Assembly: GCA_964516845.1 (NCBI GenBank)
Contig: CAZEXP010000001.1
Location: 124,665-188,664, forward strand
Length of the DNA: 64,000 bases
Reading direction: 5' to 3'
Origin: an uncultured bacterium
GTDB lineage: Bacteria; Joyebacterota; Joyebacteria; Joyebacterales; Joyebacteraceae
The notes under the pieces are model-generated. The model ran no database searches, was not told the DNA's origin, and worked only from the letters and a program-made list of their open reading frames with translations. Numbering within the stretch: the first letter of the stretch is position 1; each line of letters begins with the position of its first letter. Shown here in pieces: positions 37,210-46,871 of this stretch. The translations under genes and the position numbers were made by a program.

Positions 37210-39365
37210 CGGGGGACGGAGCGGAGCTCGATCTCTCGATCATCATCGTCGGGTACAACAGCGCCGAGCCGCTGGCGGCGTGCCTGCGATCGCTCGCGGA
37301 GTGCCGGGACATCGTGTCTCGAGAAGTCCTCGTCGTCGACAACGCATCGGCCGACGACACAGGAGAGATGGTCCGGCGCGACTTTCCCTGGGCTGAGTAC
37401 CACGAGAATGCGGCGAACGTCGGCCTGTCGCGCGCGGTCAACCGCGGCATCAGGGCATCGCGCGGACGGCACATCCTCGTTCTGAACCCGGACATCGAGG
37501 CGCGGCCCGGCTCGCTCGACGCACTGGTGGGATTCATGGATGCCACGCCCGGGGCGGGACTCGCGGGTGCGAAACTGATCAACACGGACGGCTCGCTTCA
37601 ACTCTCGTGCAGGGCGTTCTACACGTTCTGGACGCTGCTGCTGCGGAGGACGTTCCTCGGGAAGCTGTTCCGGAGGAGCGGGGCGATCCGACGACATCTG
37701 ATGCTCGACTACGACCACGAGTCCCCGCGTGAGGTGGACTGGGTTCTCGGAGCCTGCATGCTCGTTCGGCGGGCGGCCATGGCCGACGTCGGGGCGATGG
37801 ACGAGCGGTTCTTCCTGTACTTCGAGGACGTGGACTGGTGCTACCGGATGTGGCGCGGAGGTTGGAAGGTCTGGTACGTGCCGGACGCCGTGATGGACCA
37901 TCGCCACGCGCGCGCCAGCGCTCGGCCGGGCTTGAACAAGCTGCTGATCGCGCACCTCATCTCGCTCCTGCACTTCTATGAGAAGTGGGGAGGGGTCATC
38001 TACCGGATGAAGAAACACCGACGCATCCTCTTGACGGCGTTAAGCCTTCTGGCCGACCTCGTGGCTGTCAACGCCGGGTTCATTCTCGCCTATGCGCTGC
38101 GTTCGAGTCTGCGCGGCCTGCTTACGAAACCGCTCTTCGGTCTCGGGGTCTACGACACCTTTCTTATCTTCGCGAACATCGTGTTCATCCTCGTGTTCGC
38201 ATTCTTCGGTCTCTACGGCGGTCGGCGCGACCGCGAGACGGGCGCGGATGTCGCCTTCCGCGTGACACGGGCCGCCGTCGTGGCGGGCGTCGTGCTGATG
38301 GCGAGTACGTTCCTGACCTCCACAACGGTCTACTCGCGGCTTCTCGTCGGGGCTTTCTGCGTGATCGTCGTCCTGCTCGACATGGCCCTTCGGGGGGTTA
38401 TCCGGTGGGTACAGAACCAGGCCCGCGCGGGCAGGTTTGACCTCACGCGCGTGGCTGTCGTCGGCACCGGCCCCACGGCAACGCTCCTCGCCGAGCGTAT
38501 CGCCGCCGCCCCCGAGCTCGGGTACGATCTGGCGGGTCTGGTCTCCGAGCGTCCACGGGACCCGGGAGCGGGTGACCGGCTGGCGATCCCTGTCATCGGA
38601 AGTCTCGATGAACTGCCGGACCTCATCGAGCGACAGAGGATCGAGGAAATCATCTTCGCGGAGCCGGAGCTGTCGAGCACCGAGATCGCCGATTTCCTCA
38701 TTCGCGCCCGCCGGAGCACGGTCGACGTGAAGATGGTCTCCGACCTCACGAATCTGCTGACGCAACGCGCGCGCGTCGAGGAGTTCCTCGATGTTCCGAT
38801 CGTCGCCTTCGAGCGCGAGGCGCTCCTCGGAGCGCAAGCGGGTGTCAAGCGGGTCGCCGACCTGGTCGGAGCAGCGGCCCTGCTCGTGGTGTCGAGTCCC
38901 GTGCTCGCCGTGGCGGCGCTTGTCGCCGGAGCGGGCTCGCGGCGGAGTCTGTTCTCACGCGGACAGCGTGTCGGACTTGCGGAGCGGTCATTCGCCAAGT
39001 GGGGACTTCGGGAACAGGAGCCTCCCGGCGCGCTCCGTCGCTACGTCGAGCGGCACGGCCTCTCCCGGATGCCCGAACTCCTCAACGTCATCACGGGTGA
39101 GATGAGTCTCGTCGGCCCTGCACCCCTGACGGCGTCGGAGGCAACCGGGTGTACTGCGCGCGAGCGCGTGCGCTTCGACGCACGCCCCGGCGTCACCGGA
39201 CTGGCTCAGGTCGCATCAGCGGCCCACGCGGTGGGTGACGGCGGGATGGCGCTTGACGCCTACTACGTACAGAACTGGTCGCTGGGCGGAGATGTGCGGA
39301 TCATCATGCGGTGGTGGCTTCTGTGTCTGGGTGGCCGCTGCGCTCGGCGACACGAGGATGTGTGA
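37161..39365 (+). CDS. Fusion protein: N-terminal GT2 glycosyltransferase + C-terminal polyprenyl glycosylphosphotransferase (WbaP/PglC-type bacterial sugar transferase)
   Basis: GTG 37161 after RBS gggagg. GT2 block (IIIVGYNSAEPL...VVDNASADDT...LNPDIE). Then 4-5 TM helices (MKKHRRILLTALSLLADL...). C-terminal Bac_transf motif (PELLNVITGEMSLVGPAPL). One uninterrupted reading frame. Confidence 0.75.
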   Translation: MAGVATEARAHPAKKIAGDGAELDLSIIIVGYNSAEPLAACLRSLAECRDIVSREVLVVDNASADDTGEMVRRDFPWAEYHENAANVGLSRAVNRGIRASRGRHILVLNPDIEARPGSLDALVGFMDATPGAGLAGAKLINTDGSLQLSCRAFYTFWTLLLRRTFLGKLFRRSGAIRRHLMLDYDHESPREVDWVLGACMLVRRAAMADVGAMDERFFLYFEDVDWCYRMWRGGWKVWYVPDAVMDHRHARASARPGLNKLLIAHLISLLHFYEKWGGVIYRMKKHRRILLTALSLLADLVAVNAGFILAYALRSSLRGLLTKPLFGLGVYDTFLIFANIVFILVFAFFGLYGGRRDRETGADVAFRVTRAAVVAGVVLMASTFLTSTTVYSRLLVGAFCVIVVLLDMALRGVIRWVQNQARAGRFDLTRVAVVGTGPTATLLAERIAAAPELGYDLAGLVSERPRDPGAGDRLAIPVIGSLDELPDLIERQRIEEIIFAEPELSSTEIADFLIRARRSTVDVKMVSDLTNLLTQRARVEEFLDVPIVAFEREALLGAQAGVKRVADLVGAAALLVVSSPVLAVAALVAGAGSRRSLFSRGQRVGLAERSFAKWGLREQEPPGALRRYVERHGLSRMPELLNVITGEMSLVGPAPLTASEATGCTARERVRFDARPGVTGLAQVASAAHAVGDGGMALDAYYVQNWSLGGDVRIIMRWWLLCLGGRCARRHEDV

Positions 39366-39385
39366 GCCTGACAGGAGGTACTGAT

Positions 39386-40729
39386 ATGCACCGAGGGACT
39401 ATCGCGCTCATCGCCATCATCTTGTGTCTCGCGGGCTCCGCGTCCTCCGCGGACTGGACGTCTGTGAGCTTCCCTAACAATGCCAAGATCTGGGATATGG
39501 GGATAGACGGGAGCGTTCTCTGGTTCTCCACGCAGGGACAGGGGCTGGTCGGGTACGATGACGGGAGCTGGGTGACGCACACGCACAGCGACGGAGGGAT
39601 ACGGAGCGACAGCTGGAACTACGGGCTGCTCGTGAGCTCTTCCGGCGACAAATGGGTAACCCGCGACGGGAGCGAGACGGTCGACCGTGTCAGTGACAAC
39701 GGAACCTTCTCGTACAAGGACGACGACGTCTGGACCTACTACAGCTACCCGGAGCAGCTGGCGAACAGGCGCGTCTTCTCGTCCGCCGAGGACTCCGAGG
39801 GACGAGCGTGGTTCGGCATGCGAGATGAGAATCTGAGCCGGACCGGTATCCTCGAGCTGTTCATCGACAATTCGGACACGACCTCGGCCGACGATGAGTG
39901 GTTCCACTACGACAACGTGTGGACGCCCGACTCGACGAGCTTCGGCGGCGACGACGTTCGCACGCTCATGGTCGACGATCAGGACCGGCTCTGGATCGGA
40001 TACTACGGTTCGGGGATCGACCTCTGGGAGTACGGGAACCCGCGCGTCTTCGCGGACGACAGCTGGACGCACTTCGCCGAGGAGGACGGTCTGCCCGAGG
40101 ACGACATCCACACGTTCTGGCAGGGAAGCGACGGAACGATCTGGGCCGGGACGCTTGGCGGACTGGCAGCATATGATGAGCAGAGCGGCACCTGGACGGT
40201 CGTGTCCGGCCTTCCGGGGAGCCAGGCGCGCGCCGTCTCGGAGGACGCCCAGGGCCACATCTGGGTCGGAACGAACGACGGCGTCGCGATGCTCTACGCG
40301 AACCGGGCGGTCGCCTTCACCTACACGACCGAGGACGGTCTCGCGGACGAGCAGGTTGACCACATCGCTATCGACGTGTCCTCGGGCAACGTCTGGGCCG
40401 TCACGAAGGACAACGTGGCGGATGAAACGACGTTGAACGTGTTCCACTCGGGGATCGTCGAGGGAACGGGAAAGCTGTTCGTCTATCCGAACCCCTGGCG
40501 TGAGGGAGTTTCCGAGAATCAGATACAGCTCTACGGCGCGCCCGAGGGATCGCTCGTCGAGGTCTTCGATGTGACCGGTCAGAAGATGGTCGAACTCCCG
40601 CCGTCGGAACCGTACATCTGGGATTCGCTGGACGAGTCACTCAACGAGGTTCCGAGTGGTGTCTATCTGATCCGCGTCGAAGTACCGGGAGGCGAGGCGC
40701 AGATCGTCAAGCTGGCCATCATCAGATAG
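39386..40729 (+). CDS. Secreted beta-propeller (Reg_prop-like repeats) protein with T9SS-type C-terminal sorting domain
   Basis: RBS aggagg. Signal peptide. Repeated G-x-LW/IW-x-GT-x-GL-x-YD units. C-terminus LFVYPNPW...GVYLIRVEV...IVKLAIIR resembles the Por secretion-tail domain. Confidence 0.7.
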   Translation: MHRGTIALIAIILCLAGSASSADWTSVSFPNNAKIWDMGIDGSVLWFSTQGQGLVGYDDGSWVTHTHSDGGIRSDSWNYGLLVSSSGDKWVTRDGSETVDRVSDNGTFSYKDDDVWTYYSYPEQLANRRVFSSAEDSEGRAWFGMRDENLSRTGILELFIDNSDTTSADDEWFHYDNVWTPDSTSFGGDDVRTLMVDDQDRLWIGYYGSGIDLWEYGNPRVFADDSWTHFAEEDGLPEDDIHTFWQGSDGTIWAGTLGGLAAYDEQSGTWTVVSGLPGSQARAVSEDAQGHIWVGTNDGVAMLYANRAVAFTYTTEDGLADEQVDHIAIDVSSGNVWAVTKDNVADETTLNVFHSGIVEGTGKLFVYPNPWREGVSENQIQLYGAPEGSLVEVFDVTGQKMVELPPSEPYIWDSLDESLNEVPSGVYLIRVEVPGGEAQIVKLAIIR

Positions 40730-40784
40730 GCGCGGTGGAACAAGCGATCGAGCGTTGATACCCTGGACAACACGAGGATGATCC

Positions 40785-42248
40785 ATGAGCAACGAGGCTG
40801 GGAAGACACGAACACTGATCGTTGGCGCGGGCTCGGCCGGTGGAATGGTCGCGGAGGAGATGCGCCTCAGGCCCGAGCAGGGCTACGCTGCGGTCGGGTT
40901 CCTGGATGACGATACCGCGAAGATCGGGACGCAGGTCGCAGGACTTCCCGTACTCGGCAAGACCTCCGACCTCGTCCGGATCGTCAGGGACTCCGGGATC
41001 GATCAGGTCGTCATAGCGATCCCGTCCGCATCGGGATCCTCCATTCGGAGCGTGGTGGAGCTGTGTGAGGAAGCCGGAACGCCGGCGAAGATCGTTCCGG
41101 GGGTCTGGGAGATCATCCTCGGCGACGTCACGATCAGCCAGCTTCGGCAGGTGGTTCCCGAGGACCTGCTCGGGCGCGAGACGGTGGTGCTCGACTGCGA
41201 GGAGATGACCGGGTACCTGAGCGGTCGCACCGTCCTTATCACGGGAGCGGGGGGATCGATCGGATCGGAACTCGCGCGGCAGGTCGCCTCGTTCGGTCCC
41301 GCCAAGCTGATCATGATGGGTCGTGGTGAGAACAGCATCTACGAGATCGACCAGGAGATCGGCCAGGACTACCCGGACGTCGATCGTCACCTCGTCATCA
41401 GCAGCATCTCCGACCCGATGGCGGTCGAGGTGCTCTTCCGGGACGAGCATCCGGAGATCGTTCTCCACGCCGCGGCGCACAAGCATGTCCATCTGATGGA
41501 GGCCTTCCCGGACGAGGCCGTGAAGAACAACGTGATGGGAACGCGGATCCTCATCGACGCCGCCGTCCGCTACGGCGCCGACCGCGTCGTCATGCTGTCC
41601 ACGGACAAGGCCGTGCGACCCAGAGGCGTCATGGGCGCTTCGAAGCGTGTCGCGGAGTCGATCATGATCGAACGGGCCTCGCGGGGGAGCGCGACCAAGC
41701 TCATCGCCGTCCGGTTCGGCAACGTCCTGGGCAGCCGCGGGAGCGTCGTCCCGCTCTTCCGTCAGCAGATCAGTCACGGAGGTCCGGTGACCGTGACTCA
41801 CCCGGACGTCACACGGTACTTCATGACGATCCGCGAGGCCGCGATGCTCGTTCTCGAGGCGGGTCTCACGGGCCGGGGTGGGGAAATCTTCGTGCTCGAT
41901 ATGGGCGAACCCATGCGCATCGCGGACCTCGCCACGCACCTGATACGGCTCTCCGGGCTCGAGCCCGGCAGGGATATTGCTATTGAGTTCACGGGCCTGC
42001 GGCCGGGGGAGAAGCTCCATGAGGAGCTGTGGTACTCGGACGAGACCCTCCTTGAGACAGGCAGAAAGAAGGTGATGGTCGTCCAGTCTCCGAAGGACGC
42101 CGTCGTCCCGGACCTCTGGGACCGCGTCAGGCGGCTCGAGGAGTTCGCAGAGCACTGCGACCGGGTCGGCGTCATCCGGGAGCTTGCCGACATCTTCCCC
42201 GACATGAAGGTAAGGACGGGCCATGACGACGAAGACGCCGGCCGCTGA
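40785..42248 (+). CDS. UDP-sugar 4,6-dehydratase (CapD/PglF/WbpM family)
   Basis: Two Rossmann regions. VLITGAGGSIGSELARQ and downstream SDR catalytic motifs. Confidence 0.85.
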   Translation: MSNEAGKTRTLIVGAGSAGGMVAEEMRLRPEQGYAAVGFLDDDTAKIGTQVAGLPVLGKTSDLVRIVRDSGIDQVVIAIPSASGSSIRSVVELCEEAGTPAKIVPGVWEIILGDVTISQLRQVVPEDLLGRETVVLDCEEMTGYLSGRTVLITGAGGSIGSELARQVASFGPAKLIMMGRGENSIYEIDQEIGQDYPDVDRHLVISSISDPMAVEVLFRDEHPEIVLHAAAHKHVHLMEAFPDEAVKNNVMGTRILIDAAVRYGADRVVMLSTDKAVRPRGVMGASKRVAESIMIERASRGSATKLIAVRFGNVLGSRGSVVPLFRQQISHGGPVTVTHPDVTRYFMTIREAAMLVLEAGLTGRGGEIFVLDMGEPMRIADLATHLIRLSGLEPGRDIAIEFTGLRPGEKLHEELWYSDETLLETGRKKVMVVQSPKDAVVPDLWDRVRRLEEFAEHCDRVGVIRELADIFPDMKVRTGHDDEDAGR

Positions 42249-43422
42249 GGGCGGCACGCCGGTCAGAGACAACTTCCTGGCGTTCGCGCGCCCTTGCATC
42301 GAGGCGGCGGACATTGAGCTCGTGGTCGAGACGCTGCGGTCCGGGTGGCTCACCGTAGGACCCAGGACACACGACTTCCAGCGCCGAGTAGCCGAGTACG
42401 TCGGCGTCGAGTCCGCGGCCGCGCTGAACTCCTGCACCGCAGGGCTGCATCTCGCCATGGTGGCGCTGGGCATCGGTCCCGGTGATGAGGTCATCCTGCC
42501 GACGATCGACTTCGTGTCCGGAGCGAACACGGTCTGCCATCTTGGGGCCACACCGGTACTCGTCGACGTTGACGCCGAGACGATCTGCGTCACTCCGAAC
42601 ATATTCGAAGCCGCCATCACGGACCGGACGCGTCTGCTGATGCCGGTCCACTTCGCCGGAAGACCGTGCGACATGGACGGCATCATGGAGCTCGCCCGGA
42701 CCCGCGGCATCAAAGTGCTCGGAGACGCCGCGCACGCCATCGGCGCCGACATCGGCGGACGACGCATCGGGAGCATGGCCGACGCGACGTCCTTCAGCTT
42801 CTACGTCACCAAGGGGATCACGACTGGTGAGGGCGGCGCCGTCACATCGACGGACCCGGACCTCACGGCGCGGATCGCGCTACTCGGGCTCCATGGCATG
42901 AGCAGCGACGCCTGGAAGCGCTACAGCGAGAGAGGGCCGTGGTACTACGAAGTGCTCGAAGCAGGGTATAAGTGCAACATGAGCGACATGCAGGCAGCGC
43001 TGGGCCTGTCGCAGATCGATCGCGTGGACACGTTCCGTGAGCGTCGTCGCGAGATCGCCGACGCCTACACCGCCGCGTTCGCGCAGGACCCGAGCATCAC
43101 GCCGCCCGCCGCGTACCTCGACGGACATCACGCGTGGCATCTCTATCCGATCCAGATCGACGTGGACGCTCTCTCGATCGACCGCGACCAGTTCATCAAA
43201 CAGCTGGTCGAGGAAGGTATCGGGGTCAGCGTTCACTTCATTCCGGTTCACTACCATCCGTACTACCGCAAGCTGCTCGGCCTGGAGCGTGGCAGCTTCC
43301 CTGTGGCGGAACACTACTTCGAACGCGCCGTCTCGCTCCCCATCTATCCCTCGATGACTTCGGGCGATGTGGACGACGTGATCGAGGCGGTGCGCAAGCT
43401 GACCTCGTATCACAGGAGGTAG
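42223..43422 (+). CDS. DegT/DnrJ/EryC1/StrS-family PLP-dependent sugar aminotransferase
   Basis: GDEVILPTIDFVS and the PLP-lysine region SFSFYVTKGITTGEGG. Confidence 0.85.
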   Translation: MTTKTPAAEGGTPVRDNFLAFARPCIEAADIELVVETLRSGWLTVGPRTHDFQRRVAEYVGVESAAALNSCTAGLHLAMVALGIGPGDEVILPTIDFVSGANTVCHLGATPVLVDVDAETICVTPNIFEAAITDRTRLLMPVHFAGRPCDMDGIMELARTRGIKVLGDAAHAIGADIGGRRIGSMADATSFSFYVTKGITTGEGGAVTSTDPDLTARIALLGLHGMSSDAWKRYSERGPWYYEVLEAGYKCNMSDMQAALGLSQIDRVDTFRERRREIADAYTAAFAQDPSITPPAAYLDGHHAWHLYPIQIDVDALSIDRDQFIKQLVEEGIGVSVHFIPVHYHPYYRKLLGLERGSFPVAEHYFERAVSLPIYPSMTSGDVDDVIEAVRKLTSYHRR

Positions 43423-43427
43423 CCGTC

Positions 43428-44408
43428 GTGGAGTACACGGTCACCTCACATGTGGATGCAAGGTCGTGGGACGACCTCGTCGCGGGGGACCGTTCAGCGA
43501 GCTTCTTCCAGAGCCGCGTCTGGTCCGAGGTGCTCTCGAGCACACTCCCGGACCACGAGCCGCTCTTCGTCGCGGCGCATCGTGGTGACGAACTCGTCGC
43601 CGGGATTCCCGTCATCCGGCGCAGCCGCGGTCCCGTGATGGTCGTCGAATCGATGCCGTTCGGAACCTACGGCGGCGTGCTCACCACCGACAGGGCGCCG
43701 TCGCAGGCCGCCGCGGAGCTCGTCCTTGCGTTGCTGGACGCCGTCGACGGGATCACGGTCGGGCAGATCCGCATCGTGGATTTCAACGGACGACTCGCGG
43801 ACGCTTGCGACGGATTCGAGCCCGTGACAAGCGAGGCGCAGGTGCTCGATCTCGACCGCCCGTACGATGATGTCTGGGCGGGATTCCGCTCGTCGGTGCG
43901 CAACAAGGTCCGCAAGGCCGAGAAGGCCGGCGTGACGATTCGCGAGGCGCGCGGGACGGATGACTTTCATGCGTATCATCGGCTCCTCGAGGAATGCTCC
44001 GAACGTTGGGGAACGACCAACTCGTTTGATGAGGACTTCTTCGCCGCCCTCGCCGAGAGCGGCAGCGACGCGGTCCAGATGTGGCTCGCGGAGTACGATG
44101 GAGAGATCATAGGCGGAGATCTGAACTTCGTCACTGCTACCTCGGTGTTCAACTGGGGCAATGTCTCGCACCGGGAGTCCGCCAGCCTCGGCACGGTCCC
44201 GCTCCTTCATGCGAACGCCATCGAGGACGGTTGTCGCCGCGGACTGACGACGTACAATCTCGGCGGAAGCGGCGGGATCGACGCCGTCGCCAGGTTCAAG
44301 TCGGCATTTGGAACGAGGTGTGTTCCGTACACCGAGTACGTGCTCGAGAAGGGATGGATGAAGCTCGGGAAGCGTCTCAGGGGACGCATCGAAGGAGACG
44401 CAGCGTGA
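43428..44408 (+). CDS. FemAB/BioF2-like GNAT-fold acyltransferase
   Basis: GTG 43428 with RBS aggagg 8 nt upstream. FemAB-family-like length and pattern (NKVRKAEKAGV...YHRLL...YNLGGSGG). Family call is tentative. Confidence 0.55.
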   Translation: MEYTVTSHVDARSWDDLVAGDRSASFFQSRVWSEVLSSTLPDHEPLFVAAHRGDELVAGIPVIRRSRGPVMVVESMPFGTYGGVLTTDRAPSQAAAELVLALLDAVDGITVGQIRIVDFNGRLADACDGFEPVTSEAQVLDLDRPYDDVWAGFRSSVRNKVRKAEKAGVTIREARGTDDFHAYHRLLEECSERWGTTNSFDEDFFAALAESGSDAVQMWLAEYDGEIIGGDLNFVTATSVFNWGNVSHRESASLGTVPLLHANAIEDGCRRGLTTYNLGGSGGIDAVARFKSAFGTRCVPYTEYVLEKGWMKLGKRLRGRIEGDAA

Positions 44409-45727
44409 ACAGCCGAGCCAGAACGCTCCTCATCATCGCGGTCGCCATCCACGCCGTCATGCTCGCGTCGCTCGTCCACCCTGGACACTTCCTCAACCCG
44501 CTCTTCCCGGAGGCCGTGCACACCATCGCGACGGTCTACGATGAAGGAGTGGCGGTCGGCACACTGGAGGGCGGCGGCCTCGGCGCCGATTTCTTCGCGT
44601 TCTACCAGGCCGGCAGGTATGTCCTCAATGGTGATGACATCTACCGACGCCCGATGGACGATCCCGAGCGCGTCGTGCCGTATGGCTATTTCTATCGCTA
44701 CCTCCCCTTCGTCGCGTACACGCTCGGGGTCGCGTCCAACGCGGTTCCCCCGTGGACGGCGTACTGGCTCTGGGTGCTCCTTGTCGAACTCGTGCTCCTC
44801 TGGTGCATCCTGCTGACGTATCGCGCCGTGCGGGACGGTTGGCTCTTCGCGATGCTGGCGACGATGTGGCTCGTCTTCACGCCGTTCTACATGGAGCAGT
44901 ACATGGGTCAGCTCTCGTTCGTAATGGGCGCGCTGATCTTCGCCATGGTACTGGCCCACGGCCGCGGTCGGGTGAAGCGGTTCGACTGGCTCTGGATCGC
45001 GAGCGTGGTCATCAAGCACATGACCGTCCTGTTCATCCCGATCATGGTCCGCCTGAGGAGATTCGGGACCGTCGCGCTTGCGGGGCTCCTTCTCGGACTG
45101 ACCGCCGTGCCGTATCTGCTGCTTCGCGACAGCGGTGTCGGCGACTTCACGCATGACAATTTCAATCTGACACTCTACCCGTACTCCGGGAATCTCGGCG
45201 CTCTCGCGCTGGTGATGGTGCTCAAGGCGCGCCTCTTGCCGATGGCGTCGGAGATCGGTTTCCAGCTGGGGCCGATCCGCATGACGATCACGCGGATGGC
45301 GATACTCGGGACGATGGCGGTTCCGACACTCGCGGCCCTCTGGGCGACGTTCCGAAGGCGTCCGTTCGATCTCGTGGAGTCGGTCAGCCTCTGGACGATG
45401 GTCTACTTCTTCGTGTTCCGGGAGATATGGGAGTACCACTATGTGCTCCTGATACCGATCTTCGTGCTGCTCTACATGAAGACACGCGCGCGCGTCCTCT
45501 GGTGGATGTACGCGCTGGCGGCGATGCCGACGCTGTTCATTCTCTACGACGTCCCGGCCGCCAAGAGTCCTGAGGTGTACTGGAGCGCGTGGGAACACAT
45601 CCTGAACCACGGCATGAAGGTTGCACCGCTGGTCTGGCTGTTCGTCTGGGTCGCGTGGGGCTTCTACCGGCGCCATGTCACACGGACGGAGCGAGGATCG
45701 ACCAACGATCTGGCGGTCGTTCTCTAG
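44405..45727 (+). CDS. DUF2029 / GT87-like polytopic membrane glycosyltransferase (polyprenyl-P-sugar dependent, GT-C fold)
   Basis: GTG 44405 in GTGA overlap. Periplasmic-loop motif DFFAFYQAGR and about 10 TM helices. Confidence 0.6.
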   Translation: MNSRARTLLIIAVAIHAVMLASLVHPGHFLNPLFPEAVHTIATVYDEGVAVGTLEGGGLGADFFAFYQAGRYVLNGDDIYRRPMDDPERVVPYGYFYRYLPFVAYTLGVASNAVPPWTAYWLWVLLVELVLLWCILLTYRAVRDGWLFAMLATMWLVFTPFYMEQYMGQLSFVMGALIFAMVLAHGRGRVKRFDWLWIASVVIKHMTVLFIPIMVRLRRFGTVALAGLLLGLTAVPYLLLRDSGVGDFTHDNFNLTLYPYSGNLGALALVMVLKARLLPMASEIGFQLGPIRMTITRMAILGTMAVPTLAALWATFRRRPFDLVESVSLWTMVYFFVFREIWEYHYVLLIPIFVLLYMKTRARVLWWMYALAAMPTLFILYDVPAAKSPEVYWSAWEHILNHGMKVAPLVWLFVWVAWGFYRRHVTRTERGSTNDLAVVL

Positions 45728-45758
45728 CACGTCGCCGTGAAACGACTGGAGTCGAGTG

Positions 45759-46871
45759 ATGCGGATCGCGTATCTCTCCATCGGGGGACACATTCACACC
45801 GAGAGGTGGCTGAGACACTTCGTCAACGCGGGACACGACGTCCACCTGATGACGGTCCAGCCCGCGCCGATCGACGGTGTCACCGTTCACGACATCCGGA
45901 CCGGTATTCCGATCAAACCGCTCCACTATGCCGTCGCGCTCGCCAGGGTCAAACGGATCCTGCGAACGATCAAGCCCGATCTGCTCCACACGCACTTCCT
46001 TACCGGATACGGGTACTGGGGAGCCTTCTCGGGCTTCCATCCGTTCATCATGACCGTCTGGGGCGACGATGTGTACGTCACACCGCACGAGACGAAGCTC
46101 AAGGGCTCGCTGGCGAGAGCCGTGCTCGGTCGCGCCGATCTCATCACGGGGGATTCCGAGGACATCCTGACTCACGTCGTGCGGATGGGCGCCGACCCGG
46201 ATATCTGCCGCGTGGTTCAGTGGGGCGTCGATCTCGACCGCTTCCGGCCCGACGCGGACGGCGGGGTCAGGAGGATGCTGGGCATCCCCGAGGACGCGCC
46301 CGTGGTGATCAGTATCAGGAGCTTCACGCAGGCCTACTACAACATCGACACCATCGTTCGCACTGCTCCCGGTGTTCTCGAGAAGCGCCCCGACACGCAC
46401 TACATCATCGCGGGGAACGAGGGAGACGACTCGGAGCTCCGCGCGCTCGCAGATTCTCTCGGCCTCGATGATCGCATCCACTTCGTAGGACGCATCCCGC
46501 ACGAGGAGCTTCCCGGATACCTGGCGACATCCGACGTGTTCCTGACGGTTCCATCGGTCGATGCCACACCGGTCTCTCTGCTCGAGGCCATGGCGTGCGG
46601 CGTGGCGGTGATCATCTCCAACCTCGAGTCCGCCATGGAGTGGGTGACCGACGGCGAGAACGGTCTCGTCGTCAGGCCCGCCGAACGGCGGGAGCTCGAA
46701 GACGCGATTCTGAAGCTCATCGGCGACCCCGCGGCCCGCGAGCGCTTCGCCGCCATCGGCGTCCGGAAGGTGCGCGAGGGCGCCGACCACGCCCGGCACA
46801 TGGACCGGATGGAGCGGCTCTGCGAGGAACTCATCGCCGGGGGAAAGCCGCGAGCCGGAGGAACATCGTGA
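45759..46871 (+). CDS. Glycosyltransferase family 4 (GT-B)
   Basis: C-terminal GT4 signature (VSLLEAMACGVAVIISNLESAMEWVTDGENGL). GTG 45756 or ATG 45759 are both possible starts. Confidence 0.8.
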   Translation: MRIAYLSIGGHIHTERWLRHFVNAGHDVHLMTVQPAPIDGVTVHDIRTGIPIKPLHYAVALARVKRILRTIKPDLLHTHFLTGYGYWGAFSGFHPFIMTVWGDDVYVTPHETKLKGSLARAVLGRADLITGDSEDILTHVVRMGADPDICRVVQWGVDLDRFRPDADGGVRRMLGIPEDAPVVISIRSFTQAYYNIDTIVRTAPGVLEKRPDTHYIIAGNEGDDSELRALADSLGLDDRIHFVGRIPHEELPGYLATSDVFLTVPSVDATPVSLLEAMACGVAVIISNLESAMEWVTDGENGLVVRPAERRELEDAILKLIGDPAARERFAAIGVRKVREGADHARHMDRMERLCEELIAGGKPRAGGTS

